From positions 364,064,001-364,128,000 of the forward strand of contig OZ024743.1 in the NCBI GenBank assembly GCA_964016885.1: a stretch of DNA of 64,000 bases, written 5' to 3'. Under the pieces are notes generated by a model. The model saw nothing but the letters and a program-made list of their open reading frames with translations, did no database searches and was not told the DNA's origin. The translations under genes and the position numbers were made by a program. Positions 13,154 to 26,569 of this stretch are shown in pieces. How positions within the stretch are numbered: position 1 is the first letter of the stretch; every line of letters begins with the position of its first letter. Origin of the DNA: Eledone cirrhosa. Its lineage: Eukaryota.

Positions 13154-13155
<2 letters not shown>
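12021..13155 (-). mobile_element. PLE reverse transcriptase fragment (Neptune/Poseidon-type), frameshifted, GC-rich
   Basis: [82 protein letters not shown]. Confidence 0.9.
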
Positions 13156-13238
<83 letters not shown>

Positions 13239-13269
13239 AATATACATATATATATATAAATATACATAG

Positions 13270-13595
13270 ATTTTGAGTTTATGTTGGTTGTATACCAACA
13301 CCTCAGTATGCAGGCTGGAGCACTCGACGAAGTGCGCAGGTTGGTTTGGTTACTGGAGTCATATCATATCATATATGACTCCAGTTCCTCAGTGAATTAA
13401 CAACCCAACAAGGAACTGGGAATATCAGAGTTTTGACAATATTATACACCTAAACAACATATGTACTTGTCTATACCATACTAATTCAAACTGCCTGAAG
13501 AGGTCACAGCCAAAGATGGCTGTCACTGAAATATATATATAGCAGTAATAAACGAAGCTAAATTTTAATCTTTTGACTTTTATTTAACTTTATTA
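13270..13595 (+). mobile_element. Non-coding pLTR element with an inverted tail at its left end; HHR at 13490-13546
   Basis: actgc-CTGAAGA-(acagcc/ggctgt stem II)-GAAA-tatatata-TA-gcagt; the same two segments occur at 49445-49760 in the other relative orientation. Confidence 0.85.
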
Positions 13596-13599
13596 GAAA

Positions 13600-14411
13600 T
13601 ATACATATATATATACATTTATATACACATATATATATACATATATATATACATATATATATACATATATATATACATATATATATACATATATATATAC
13701 ATATATATATACATATATATACATATATATATACATATATATATACATATATATATACATATATATATACATATATATATACATATATATACATATATAT
13801 ACATATATATATACATATATATATACATATATATATACATATATATACATATATATACACATATATATATACATATATATACATATATATATACATATAT
13901 ATACATATATATATACATATATATACATATATGTATACATATATATATACATATATATACATATATATATACATATATATACATATATATATACATATAT
14001 ATATACATATATATACATATATATACATATATATACATATATATATACATATATATACATATATGTATACATATATATATACATATATATACATATATAT
14101 ACATACATATATATATATACATATATACATATATATACATACATATATATATATACATATATACATATATATATATACATATACGTATATATATACATAT
14201 ATATATACATATATATATATACATATACATATATATATACATATATATAGTAATAATAATAAAATTGAAGACTAAAATCCAAAGAGGGTCGATAAGGATA
14301 AATATATATCAAATATATATATATATATATACACATATATATATATATACATATATATATACATATATATCAAATATATATATATATATATACACATATA
14401 TATATATATAC

Positions 14412-14443
<32 letters not shown>

Positions 14444-15696
14444 TATATATGTATATGGTGGCTGCCAACTCGTTTTCGAGTACGGCCACTACTTTATATC
14501 CATGTAGGAGAACCCCTACCGATGCGCTGAACGAATGTGAATTTTTAGTCCAGCCAGCGACTTGAAAACTCTGGTACAAACACTACACTTGTGACAATTA
14601 TTGACACATTGTGCTGGGCCCATTGTACCCTGTGATGACAAGTACAGAGAGATCTCCAGATATAAAGCAATGCCTGTGCCGTGAAGCTTTTATAGTGAGC
14701 AAAGGCACTGCACAAAGCCAGCATATATATATATATGTATATATATATGTATGTATGTATATATATATACATATATATACACATATATATATACATGTAT
14801 GTATGTATATATATACATATATATATACATACATATATATATATACATATATATATACATATATATATACATATATATATATACATATATATATACAGAC
14901 ATATATATATATACATATATATATACATATATATATATACATATATATATACATACATATATATATACCTATATATATACATATATATATACATATATAT
15001 ATACATATATATATATATACATACATATATATATATATACATATATACATATATATATACATATATATATACATATATATATATACATTATACATATATA
15101 TATATACATTATACATATATATATAGACATATATATACATATATATATTTACATATATATACATATATATATTTACATATATATACATATATATATAGAC
15201 ATATATATACATATATATATATACATATATATACATATATATATTTACATATATATACATATATATATAGACATATATATACATATATATATATACATAT
15301 ATATACATATATATATATATACATCTATATATATATATACATATATATATATACATATATATACATATATATATACATATATATATATATACATATATAT
15401 ACATATATATATATACATATATATACATATATATATATACATATATATATACATATATATATATACATATATATACATATATACATATATACATATATAT
15501 ATATACATATATATACATATATATATATATACATATATACATATATATATATACATATATATATATACATATATATACATATATATATATATACATATAT
15601 ACATATATATATATATACATATATATACATATATACATATATATATATATACATATATATACATATATATATATATATACATATATATCTATATAC

Positions 15697-15727
<31 letters not shown>

Positions 15728-15796
15728 CATATATACATATATACATATATATATATATACATATATACATATATATATATACATATATATATATAC

Positions 15797-15827
<31 letters not shown>

Positions 15828-15848
15828 CATATATACATATACATATAC

Positions 15849-15881
<33 letters not shown>

Positions 15882-15928
15882 CATATATACATATATATAC
15901 ATATATATATACATATATATACATATAT

Positions 15929-15974
<46 letters not shown>

Positions 15975-15975
15975 A
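13600..15975. repeat. Compound (TA)n array with periodic CA interruptions, split by two short insertions
   Basis: TATATATACA-type units. Confidence 0.97.
14455..14722. mobile_element. Truncated copy of an unclassified non-coding repeat; longer copy at 36795-37395
   Basis: Clear identity to 36795-37060; terminal stem-loop gtggctg-actcg-tttt-cgagt-cggccac; flanked by TACA-type repeats. Confidence 0.75.
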
Positions 15976-16042
15976 AATGAAGTAATTCCGTCGGAAAAGT
16001 CCAGGAAAAAAGAGTGCTCTATGTAGGTAACAGAGCTTAATT

Positions 16043-16975
16043 ATTGGGATTTTGCTAAACTTGAGAGCCACTTCCGCTTGCCTTAACTCAAAGACTGAGA
16101 TCTTCAGATGCTGTCCTCATCTGATATCGCAACTGATCTGTAACTGGATTGACACTCCTATGATAAATCAACCGCCTTGAACTCCTTTCCTGCTCTTTAC
16201 TTCTGCTACGGTTTTTATTTTGCTGATTCTACGTTCTGTACTCTTGTATATTTATTTTTTTCTCCCTTACCTCCACTTATATTTCACCTTTTCCTATGTC
16301 CCCCCCCCCATATATTCTTTTTGCCTTGCCCTTCATATACCTATGTGTATGTGTATGTATATTTGTGTGCATATATATATATGTATATGTGTATATATAT
16401 ATATATATGTATGTGTGTGTATATATATGTATATATGTATATATTTGTGTGTGTATATGTATGTATATGTGGATAGACCAGGTTTTTTTTCATTCTGAAG
16501 ATTGAAGGAAAAATTTTTTGCTTTTAAGAAACCACTGGTGAATGGAATAATTGCCTTATGTTGCTTTATTACTTTACTACTATATATATGTATATGTAAG
16601 GTTCATATGAATTATCTAAGACTGAGTTTTACACACACACACATGTATGTGTGTGTGTATGTGTATATATATGTATATATATATATTTATATATATATAT
16701 GTGTATATATATATGTGTGTGTGTGTGTGTGTTTGTATTTGGTTGTGCGTGTTTATGATATGTACGTATTTGTATGTGTATAACTGTATAGCTATGTATG
16801 TATATGTGTGTGTATGTATACATATATGTGTGTGTGTGTATGTTTATATTTATGTATATATATATATATATTATTATTATGTAATAAACAACATAAGGCA
16901 ATTATTCCATTTACCAGTGGTTTCTTAAAAGCAAAAGGTTTTGCTTTCAATCCTCAGAATGAAAAATCCTGGTTT
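16043..16975 (+). mobile_element. PLE 3' fragment (end of GIY-YIG plus microsatellite-rich 3' UTR) with HHRs at 16489-16546 (+) and 16906-16963 (-)
   Basis: Reverse complement of ~17900-18900; ttcatt-CTGA(A/G)GA-stem II-GAAA-ccactgg-T(G/A)-aatgga. Confidence 0.8.
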
Positions 16976-17165
16976 GTTTATTGAATATGGATTCTAAAAA
17001 CAAAAATGCAATCTATATGAAAGTGAGGCTGGAAAAGGGAGAAGGAAAGGAAAAATAAAATAAAATAAAACTACACATGCAAACACACACAAAAAAACAC
17101 AAAAGCATACTTACACACACACACATATATACACATATAATTTGCACGCATACACATATACACAT

Positions 17166-17219
<54 letters not shown>

Positions 17220-17275
17220 AGCGTACACCTACACACACATACACATATATACAAACATATACACATACATATATT

Positions 17276-17343
<68 letters not shown>

Positions 17344-17366
17344 CATATACACACATATACACATAT

Positions 17367-17404
<38 letters not shown>

Positions 17405-17519
17405 GTGTGTACAAGCCTACACATACACACACACATATATATACACACACATATACATACATTCACACAAACATACAACGTAAATACATACACATACATG
17501 AATGCACTCCACTACATAT

Positions 17520-17800
17520 TAACACACGCAAATAAATATAAGAAAAAAATATATAAATAATATTAACAAATATTTGACAGCGATACATGCCCCAGCTAAC
17601 AGGACAGACACGCGTGGTAAGTAATACACACATAAGCACATATACATACGTTCGAAATAGTAAACACATACACACACTCTCACACATAAATATACATATA
17701 CAAATACATAAACACGTACATACACATACATACGCAAACACGTACACGTATACAATATAAACACACACATGTATATGTAATTATATACGCACACACACAC

Positions 17801-17843
<43 letters not shown>

Positions 17844-18437
17844 CAAAAATATAAAAATATAAACGCACACACACATATAAATACGTAAACACACATATAC
17901 ATACATAGCTAAACGATTATACACATGCAAATACGTATATATCAAAAGAACGCACAACCAAATACAAACACACACACATATATACACACACACACACACC
18001 CACACACAAACCCACACATACATAAAAATAAATAAAAACACACGCAACATATACATACATACACATACATATACATATATACATACATACATATTCACAC
18101 ATATATATACACATATATACATATAAATATATATATATATATACACACATACACGTACACATACACACATGCATACACATACACACACACATATACATGT
18201 GTGTATGTGTAAAGCTCAGTATTAGATAAGACAAATGAACCTTACATAAACGTATATATAGTAGTAAAGTAATAAAGCCATACAAGGCAATTAATCCATT
18301 CACCAGAGGTTTCTTAAAAGCAAAAAAAGTTTCCTTCAATCTTCAGAATGAAAGAAAGCCCTGGTTTATCCACATATACATACATATACACACACAAATA
18401 TACAAATATATACACACATACAGACACGCACACACAC

Positions 18438-18472
<35 letters not shown>

Positions 18473-19410
18473 CAGACATATATACATACACATATATACA
18501 CATACATATATATACATACATACATACACATACATATACATACACAAACATATACGTACACATATACATATATACACACAAAAATACATACACATACACA
18601 TAGGTATGTGAAGGGCAAAACAAAAAGAATATATGGGGGGGGGCTAAGAGGAGGTAAAAATATAAGGGGAGGTAAGGGAGAAAACAATTTTTTTAAATAC
18701 AAGAGTACAGAAGGTAGAAGCAGCAAAATAAAAGCCGTAGCAAAAGTAAAGAGCAGAGAAGGAGTTCAAGGCGGTTGATTTATCGTAGGAGTGTCAATCC
18801 AGTTACAGATCAGATGCGATTTCAGATGAGGACAGCATCTGAAGATCTCAGTCTTAGAGTTAAGGCAAGCGGAAGTGTCTCTCAAGTTTAGCAAAATCCT
18901 ATACTTTTCTGTGGTACACAAAGAACAATTCTTTGTGCCCCTTTGGTACTCCCTCGAATGGTCTAATATAGACCAATCAATAGAGTACGGGATATTACTA
19001 TCCTTGAGATCCCATACCTTACTTGCGAGGGCCGTTGATGTTCGTTTATCTGAGTGTTTAAAAGAAGCGACATGTGAGTAAAATCTGGTTTTAAACCTGT
19101 CCTGGGTCATACCGACATATCGCTCGCTTCTGGCTGGCTGGTTGTTGATAACTGGCGTTATTTTAGCCTCATAAACGACAGATTTTGTGTTACATTTACC
19201 CTGCAATGGGCATTCATCCGGCTTCCTGCAACTGCATCCTGGATTTATCCTCGTACGGTTTGAACTGGTGATTTTGGATTTCATGGATGGACAACAAGAG
19301 TAGCTGATCTTAACTACATTCCTATTAAAAATCTTATAATATCTATGAATAGGAGGAAAATGTTTGTCTAATAGTTCAAGGAATTTCCTTCCTACATTAG
19401 TTTTGACATT
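17520..19410 (-). mobile_element. 5'-truncated PLE: linker plus GIY-YIG ORF (18766-19410) and 3' UTR with HHR at 18295-18352
   Basis: CSCRKPDECPLQGKC..SVVYEA...RYVGMT..FKTRFYSH...CSLCTTEK...[13 protein letters not shown]. Confidence 0.9.
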
Positions 19411-19472
19411 TGTGTGTCCGTGCTGTTTGCTCTGATCAGAGCAAACAGCACGGACACTCTATCTCAAAATTA

Positions 19473-19510
19473 TTTTTGAAAAGCATTTAGAAATGCGCAA
19501 CCGGTAAAAA
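19473..19510 (+). ncRNA. Hammerhead-like motif with U3-A8 core (degenerate copy, GCAA for GAAA)
   Basis: ttt-TTGAAAA-gcattt/aaatgc-GCAA-ccgg-TA-aaa. Confidence 0.55.
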
Positions 19511-19666
19511 CTAAAAAACTTAAAACCACAACTGAATACTAACCCATACAATCACTAATACTCTTTTATTCCTAATTAAACCTTTTTTCAACTGTGAACA
19601 ATTTGTCAGCATTTTCTATTCCGTTTACCAATATATAATAACTTGTGTGTTACACCTCTATTCTTT

Positions 19667-19728
<62 letters not shown>

Positions 19729-19859
19729 CAAAGCGATATTTAATTTGTTGGTTATTCAACAAATTTATTTATAACAGATTCGAAGCACTTTACAGTTTTT
19801 CTGGAGTATAATATCAATGATATTAATAAATGGAAACTATATTTATAAAACCATATTGA

Positions 19860-19916
19860 TTTTATTATATATATTTCAAGGGTACCAACATTTTGGTACG
19901 CACTCATCAGATAAAA
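19860..19916 (-). ncRNA. Type I hammerhead ribozyme (family A)
   Basis: ttttat-CTGATGA-(gtacca/tggtac)-GAAA-tatata-TA-ataaaa. Confidence 0.85.
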
Positions 19917-20116
19917 TAAAAAATTTGCCTTATAAATGGTGACCTACCCAAGAAACCACACCTTATCGGTTCAGGTTCAGTTTGGATATCCTTGCATATA
20001 TACATATATATATTTATATGCGTACACACGCATATATATATATATATAACTCATGAAGGACTATTTTTATCATATGTAACCCATGTGCAATCCACGCAGT
20101 ATTCTTCTTTCTTCTC

Positions 20117-20164
<48 letters not shown>

Positions 20165-20225
20165 TATATACATATATATATTTATATATATATATGCATA
20201 TATACATATATATATTTATATGCGT

Positions 20226-20286
<61 letters not shown>

Positions 20287-20427
20287 GTATATATATGCAT
20301 ATATACATTTATATATTTATATGCGTACACATATATATATATGCATGTATGTATGTATATTGTGTGTATATATATATGTGTATATATATATATATATATG
20401 CATATATACATATATATATTTATATGC

Positions 20428-20465
<38 letters not shown>

Positions 20466-20780
20466 GCATATAAATATATATATATATGTGTGTGTGTGTA
20501 TGTATGCATGTATGTGTGTATATATGTATATTGTGTATATATATATGTGTGTGTGTGTGTGTATGTAACGTACTACTCAATAAAATCTGTAGTGAAATTC
20601 GTTATACAATATATTGCTAACAACGGTTCAACGATTGGGTTATGTTTGTTTTCCACTTAAAAAAAGTTTTGGGGTCTCACAATTGTTTAAAGCTTCTTAT
20701 CTTTTCTTTGTTTATTTCTTAAGTCACCTCATTCCCTCTCTTCCTTTGTTTCCACTTCTCCCTCCTCCCCTCTCTCTCTA

Positions 20781-20864
<84 letters not shown>

Positions 20865-20982
20865 CCATATACTCGCGTTTTCACAATCTATCCCTACAAC
20901 AACTTTAATAATAAGGATTTTTACATATGTATACACAGCCATGCAGACATACACACACATACCTATATATATACACACACAC

Positions 20983-21027
<45 letters not shown>

Positions 21028-21084
21028 TGAGAGTAAATGGGAAACAACGAAGCAAACTATACAGTACAATGAAGATATATATAT

Positions 21085-21531
21085 ATAACATTAAGAAAAA
21101 TGCTGATGTTACATATATCATTTATTCCTTATAATTATTTCAACGGTTCCCTTATGCAAGCCATAATGTAGCGTATGCATTTGTTGTTATGGGAATGGTA
21201 TCTTCAGATGAAAACCCGATTTTGTGATATGCTGCAGGCGAAAAATACATCCTTCTTGTGTGCCTGGCCTCGCGTTTTTCGCCTGCGGCATATCACAAAA
21301 TCGGATTTTTATCTGAAGATACCGTTCCCATAACAACAATAAATGCATATGTTACATCATTGATTAGAAAAAGGAACCGTTGAAATAATTCTAATGAATA
21401 AATGATTTATGTAACATCAGCATTTTTCTTAATGTTATCTGTATACTGAATCTCCATCAACTACACACTAGGAATGTAGAAAGCTTTCTCCTGCTTACTC
21501 CTGTTTTTACCAAAACAATTATTGAACACAA
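21085..21531. mobile_element. Head-to-head fold-back pLTR with two long-loop HHRs (21125-21212 -, 21308-21398 +) and a one-sided tail
   Basis: Arms ~21085-21245 and ~21275-21438; CTGAAGA...GAAA-taatt(a/c)-TA in each; tail 21439-21531. Confidence 0.8.
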
Positions 21532-21549
21532 TATATATATATGTGTGTC

Positions 21550-21780
21550 TGTGTATGTAAAAGGTAAACAGAAATAACACCACAATCGGTACAGTATATG
21601 GAAGGGATATATTAGATTAACGCTTGATATAGCAGGAAGAGGGTCTTAACGTTTTGGACACTAGTCCTTCATCAGAAGAAAGAATGAGAAATAAGGTAGA
21701 TAGAAAGGACGGGCGGGGTGGAATTGGAAAAATGACTTTAGATAAAAATAACAGGTCCATTCATGTTGATATTTCTTGAA
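21550..21780 (-). mobile_element. pLTR fragment with minimal HHR (21644-21679); same family at 28690-28920 (+), related at 25740-25830 (-)
   Basis: tctt-CTGATGA-a-ggac/gtcc-(A)AAA-cgt-TA-aga; the 28795 copy has TTGATGA...GAAA. Confidence 0.75.
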
Positions 21781-22010
21781 AATATATACACATACATATA
21801 TATTGAGAAAGAAAGAGAGTTAGTTCCTCAACAAATTAGCAAACCATACTCGAGATGCGAGTCTCAAGTATCGTTTGCTAATTTGTTGTGGAACTACTGA
21901 TTAGAGTGCTCTACCTTCTATGGATATAACCTCCTGCTTTTTTTACCACTATATATATATATAAAATAAATTAATTTGGTTCTTCCCACCCGGTGTATCT
22001 GGAAGAAATT

Positions 22011-22350
22011 TTACTGGTTCATCATAACCGGCCCTAAGTAGTAGTCCGCATGTGTATTGAAAGAGGATTCAGGGGCAGACAATCTGGAGATCCTAAGGGA
22101 TACATTTTTAACAATGGAGCTAGTGATACTCCTAGGATGGTTAGACCAACGATTAACATATTTTAAATTATCGTTAGATTTATGGAATGGTTCGTATATG
22201 CCAAACTTAAGGTCGAAAGTCACATTTAAACACTTGATGCGTTTAAGGTTATGGGCAAACGATATTTTAAGAAGGATCTAATAGCTTTCCTTCTTCTTTC
22301 CAACTGCTGACCATTGACATTCTTAACGAGTAGGAGAGCATCATCTCCTT
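22011..22350 (-). mobile_element. PLE RT thumb fragment (similar to the 37506 ORF)
   Basis: TFDLKFGIYEPFHKSNDNLKYVNRWSNHPRSITSSIVKNVSLRISRLS. Confidence 0.75.
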
Positions 22351-22389
22351 TGAGGTCAGGGAATTCTAGATGTAACGTGTCATAACATG

Positions 22390-22830
22390 AACCCTTAAAT
22401 GCATGTTGAAACACAGTGTCACCAGTTGGAAAACAGCACCCGCTTGAGCAACATATCCTCCATAAAAAATGAGGCCAGGACAAACCTCAAATTCACGGTG
22501 AAGCTAGGGTGGAAGAGCAGCCAAAGGATTGACGCTCTGGAGCAAGTTTATGGGCATTTTGCCCCAAAGAAATCAACAACTTACAAATGGATAAATTGTT
22601 TTAGAAGTAGAAGAGATGAGGTTGAAGATGATCCCTGCAGCGACAGGACATCCACATCAGTCTGTGTGGAACACATTGATGCTCTTCACGACCTAATTGA
22701 AAAGGATAGACGAATAAACTCTGAATCAGTAGCCGACACACTCAACATCTCCATGGATTCTGCACATGCAAATCTGGTAGAGAGTTTGGGGCTGGGCAAG
22801 CTTTCCGTTCGATGGGTCCCGCACATAACT
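22390..22830 (+). mobile_element. mariner transposase N-terminal half (HTH to WVPH), Hsmar2/irritans-like
   Basis: EARTNLKFTVKLGWK...APKKSTTYKW...EVEDDP...LIEKDRR...KLSVRWVPH. Confidence 0.85.
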
Positions 22831-23482
22831 ATTCAGTATATGAATGCACATACACGTACATGTGTACATACCTACTTACAAAAGATATGTTTACATATAT
22901 AATATATATTTACATATATTCACATACATATACACATAAATATATATATATATATATACATATATACATACACACACAAATACACATACGCATACATACA
23001 TACATATATATATATACACACATATACATGCATATGTACATACATACGCACATATATACACATACGCATACATACATATATATATATATATATATACACA
23101 CACATATACATGCATATGTACATACATACGCACATATATACACATACATACGCATATATATACATACATACACATATATATACTACACACATGTATACAT
23201 ATATATACAATATATACATATATATATATACACACACATATATATACATACATATATACACACACATATATATACATATATACACACACACATATATATA
23301 TATACATATACACACACACATATATATATATATATACATATACACACACACACATATATATATACATATACACACACACATATATATATATATATATACA
23401 TATACACACACACATATATATACATATATACATACACACACACTAAATATATACATACATACACACACATACACACACACAA

Positions 23483-23517
<35 letters not shown>

Positions 23518-24675
23518 TGTGATTATGTCATTTATTTTGTCTGACCTGTTTAGCTTGACTTGTTTTATTACTGAGGTGGTTTATGGCTTCTTGACCGCCT
23601 CAGTTTGTATGACATTTATAACCTATGTGTATTGCTCTGGTCTTTTAGCCCATGGAGTGCTTGCCAGCATGACTCGGAATTTGCGTTGCGTTTCGCTTTG
23701 TCTACCCGCCGAAATGCGATTCACGCTGAATTTATATTTAAATATATATATATTTATGAGTTTCTACTCACTATATATTTGTCGGCTCCATCATGTTGAG
23801 CTAATTTTAATGTCCTGTTAACCAGGCTGCTATTTTTAGCGGCATGGAATTTCGAGACAAGCTGGGTTCCGAAGACACGTGCGATATTTCTTATCGCACA
23901 AAATTCAGTCTTCTAATATTTTTAGAAGTGGAAGGATCACTAATTTCTCAACAACTACTGAGGAGCAGAGAAAAGTGTGGACTTCACTTAATAAGATGTT
24001 GCGGAACAGTCTCCAAAACTGTCTAGTTGTTACCAGGCGATTGCCCAATATAAGTCTGTTATTTTTCTTAATTTAATACTTAAAATTAAATCTGACAAAC
24101 CATATTGCTGCAGTTAGTATTTTTTCACCCTAGCAAACTTGGTCCTTACTATTCGAACGGATGTATGTTTATATTAGTGTTCATCTCTCTTGTTGATTCA
24201 ATTATATTACACGGCTTGGAAAAGCTTTTTTCTTAGAGCTAGTTAATCGTAAGAGACTACTATGAGTTTCTAAATGAGTATCTGTATATATATATATACA
24301 GATATTCACAGATATTCGTGTGCATGTTTGCGTGAGCGCGCGAGCATGTAAAGATTCATGTGTAGGTGAGTGCGTGGGCACGCTTTGGAATGTGTTTTGG
24401 TCATTCAAAGACTGGCTTTGGTGTAAACAGGAAGCTGAAAAGGAGGGTGACACTATTGGAAGGAGGCGGGGCTTGAACGACCTGGTGTTAGTTCATCATA
24501 CCATTAAAGAAAGTTCAAGATTTTGTCAAAACAATGAAATAAATTAAAAAAAGAATTAATAGAATGAGTAGGTTTGTGTGTATAGATAATAGTGATAGAA
24601 AGTAATAATAATAATTGAAGGATATAGAAATTCGACAGGCATAGGCAGGCACACATGCACGTACAGATGTACACA

Positions 24676-24722
<47 letters not shown>

Positions 24723-24729
<7 letters not shown>

Positions 24730-25722
24730 TTAGTTAAGCAAAACAAGACCACAAATTTCACAAGGAAGACATTATTAAAAGATTGTCAACATATTTTAGT
24801 TTGATGTAAGGAATATAGAGAATAATAATAATAATAATATTAATAATAATAATAATGTCCGTTTACAATTGTTTCGCTACTCTATATAATATTTCTGGAT
24901 CAAATGATTATAGATCATTATTGATCTGGTTCAGTTGAAAATAATTAACTTAGGGATAATTAAAACAGCTCATAGGAACTTCAAAAGGAATATAAATTAA
25001 AATAAGGAAAGAATGTCACATGAATGTAATGTTCCATATATTGGTATTTCACTATGGTGTCCTGGGTATATCTATTGTCTGCCATAGTCGAGCAGTATTC
25101 TTCTGTCGAGGCTGCATTGTGTGAGATATTACCCATAGGCAGATCTCACACAATGCAGCCTCGACAGAAGAATACTGCTCGACTATGGCAGACAATAGAT
25201 ATACCCAGGGCACCATAGTGAAATACCAATATATGGAACATTACATTCATGTGACATTCCTTATTTTAATTTATATTCCTTTTGAAGTTCCGATGAGCTG
25301 CTCTAATTATACCTAAGTTAATTATTTTCAACTGAACCAGATAAATAATGATCTATAATCATTTGATCCAGAAATATTATATGGAGTAGCGAAACAATTG
25401 TAAACGGACATTATTATTATTAATATTATTATTATTATTCTCTACATTCCTTACATCAAACTAAAATATGTTGACAATCTTTTAATAATGTCTTCCTTGT
25501 GAAATTTGTGGTCTTGTTTGGCTTAACTAATGAATATTTCCAGCTCTGTGCACCTAACCTCTGCATGAACCCAGCCACCTAGCTGCCTTCCACTGCATAT
25601 TGCACATTGAGCACATGCCTTTACGCTTTGGCTTCTAACTAATTCACCAATCTCTCTTCTCCTCTCCTATCTCCTCTCCTATCTCCATCTCTCTCTTTAA
25701 GATTGGTTACTCTTGAACTGTG
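24723..25722. mobile_element. Large head-to-head fold-back pLTR (~400-bp arms, 15-nt spacer) with long-loop HHRs (24861-24979 -, 25287-25405 +) and ~185-bp tail
   Basis: Arms 24723-25127 and 25143-25537; gtt-CCGATGA-gctgctct...ggagtagc-GAAA-caattg-TA-aac. Confidence 0.85.
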
Positions 25723-26569
25723 TATATATATATATCAATTTAATGGTCGATACAGTAGGAAAAGAGTCTTAGCGTTTCGGACGCTAGTCCTTCATTGGAA
25801 TATAGGATGAGCAATAGAAATAGAAAGATAGATGAGAGCGAGAAGAGGAAGTAAGGGAAATTTGGGGAAGAAAAAGCACGTGTGGGTTCAGTCAGCCATT
25901 TTGGGGGAAACGTATATATATTTACATATTTATATCTATATGCATGTATATACATACATACACAACATATATGAGCATATATATATATATATATATTTAT
26001 TTATTTGGGTTTGTTGGTTCACCACTGGATAGAACTGGTCATTCCGTGTGGTCAACCTCGATGTAAATAATTCTACGTATTCTAATATGTGTATTGTATT
26101 GACTGAATTCTCTATCCTATACTTCAGGGCATTTGTGATCCACTTTGAATATTAAGACTCAAACATACACCAGGTATCACCTGATACCACTCCTTCTCTT
26201 CCATCCTCTATATCTATATGTATAACCTTGTATTATCCGAATGCCCCTCGATCTTTCTTATATTTCCCCTGTGTTTTGATTTCTTCGATATGTTCTCTAT
26301 ACTTCCGTTTTACTCCATGCATCACCACCCTAGTTATGACGGCATTTTATTTATGTATTTTTATTTACTTATGTATTTGGCTTTTTATTTTGTATTTTGC
26401 TTATTATTCCTTTTACTTATGTATTTACTTACTCGCTCTATTCCCAGTACATACCTACCACTGTGCTCATTAGCACACGACCCTAGAATATTACTCTCTG
26501 TAGCCCTATGTCTGTTTCTTTATTCACTCCCCTCACCTACCCTAGAACCACACTACATATAACCCGGAC

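Noticed and set aside
23865-23915. CCGAAGA plus strong hairpin gtgcgata/tatcgcac
   Set aside because: Followed by AAAA with no convincing stems I and III; at best a decayed motif
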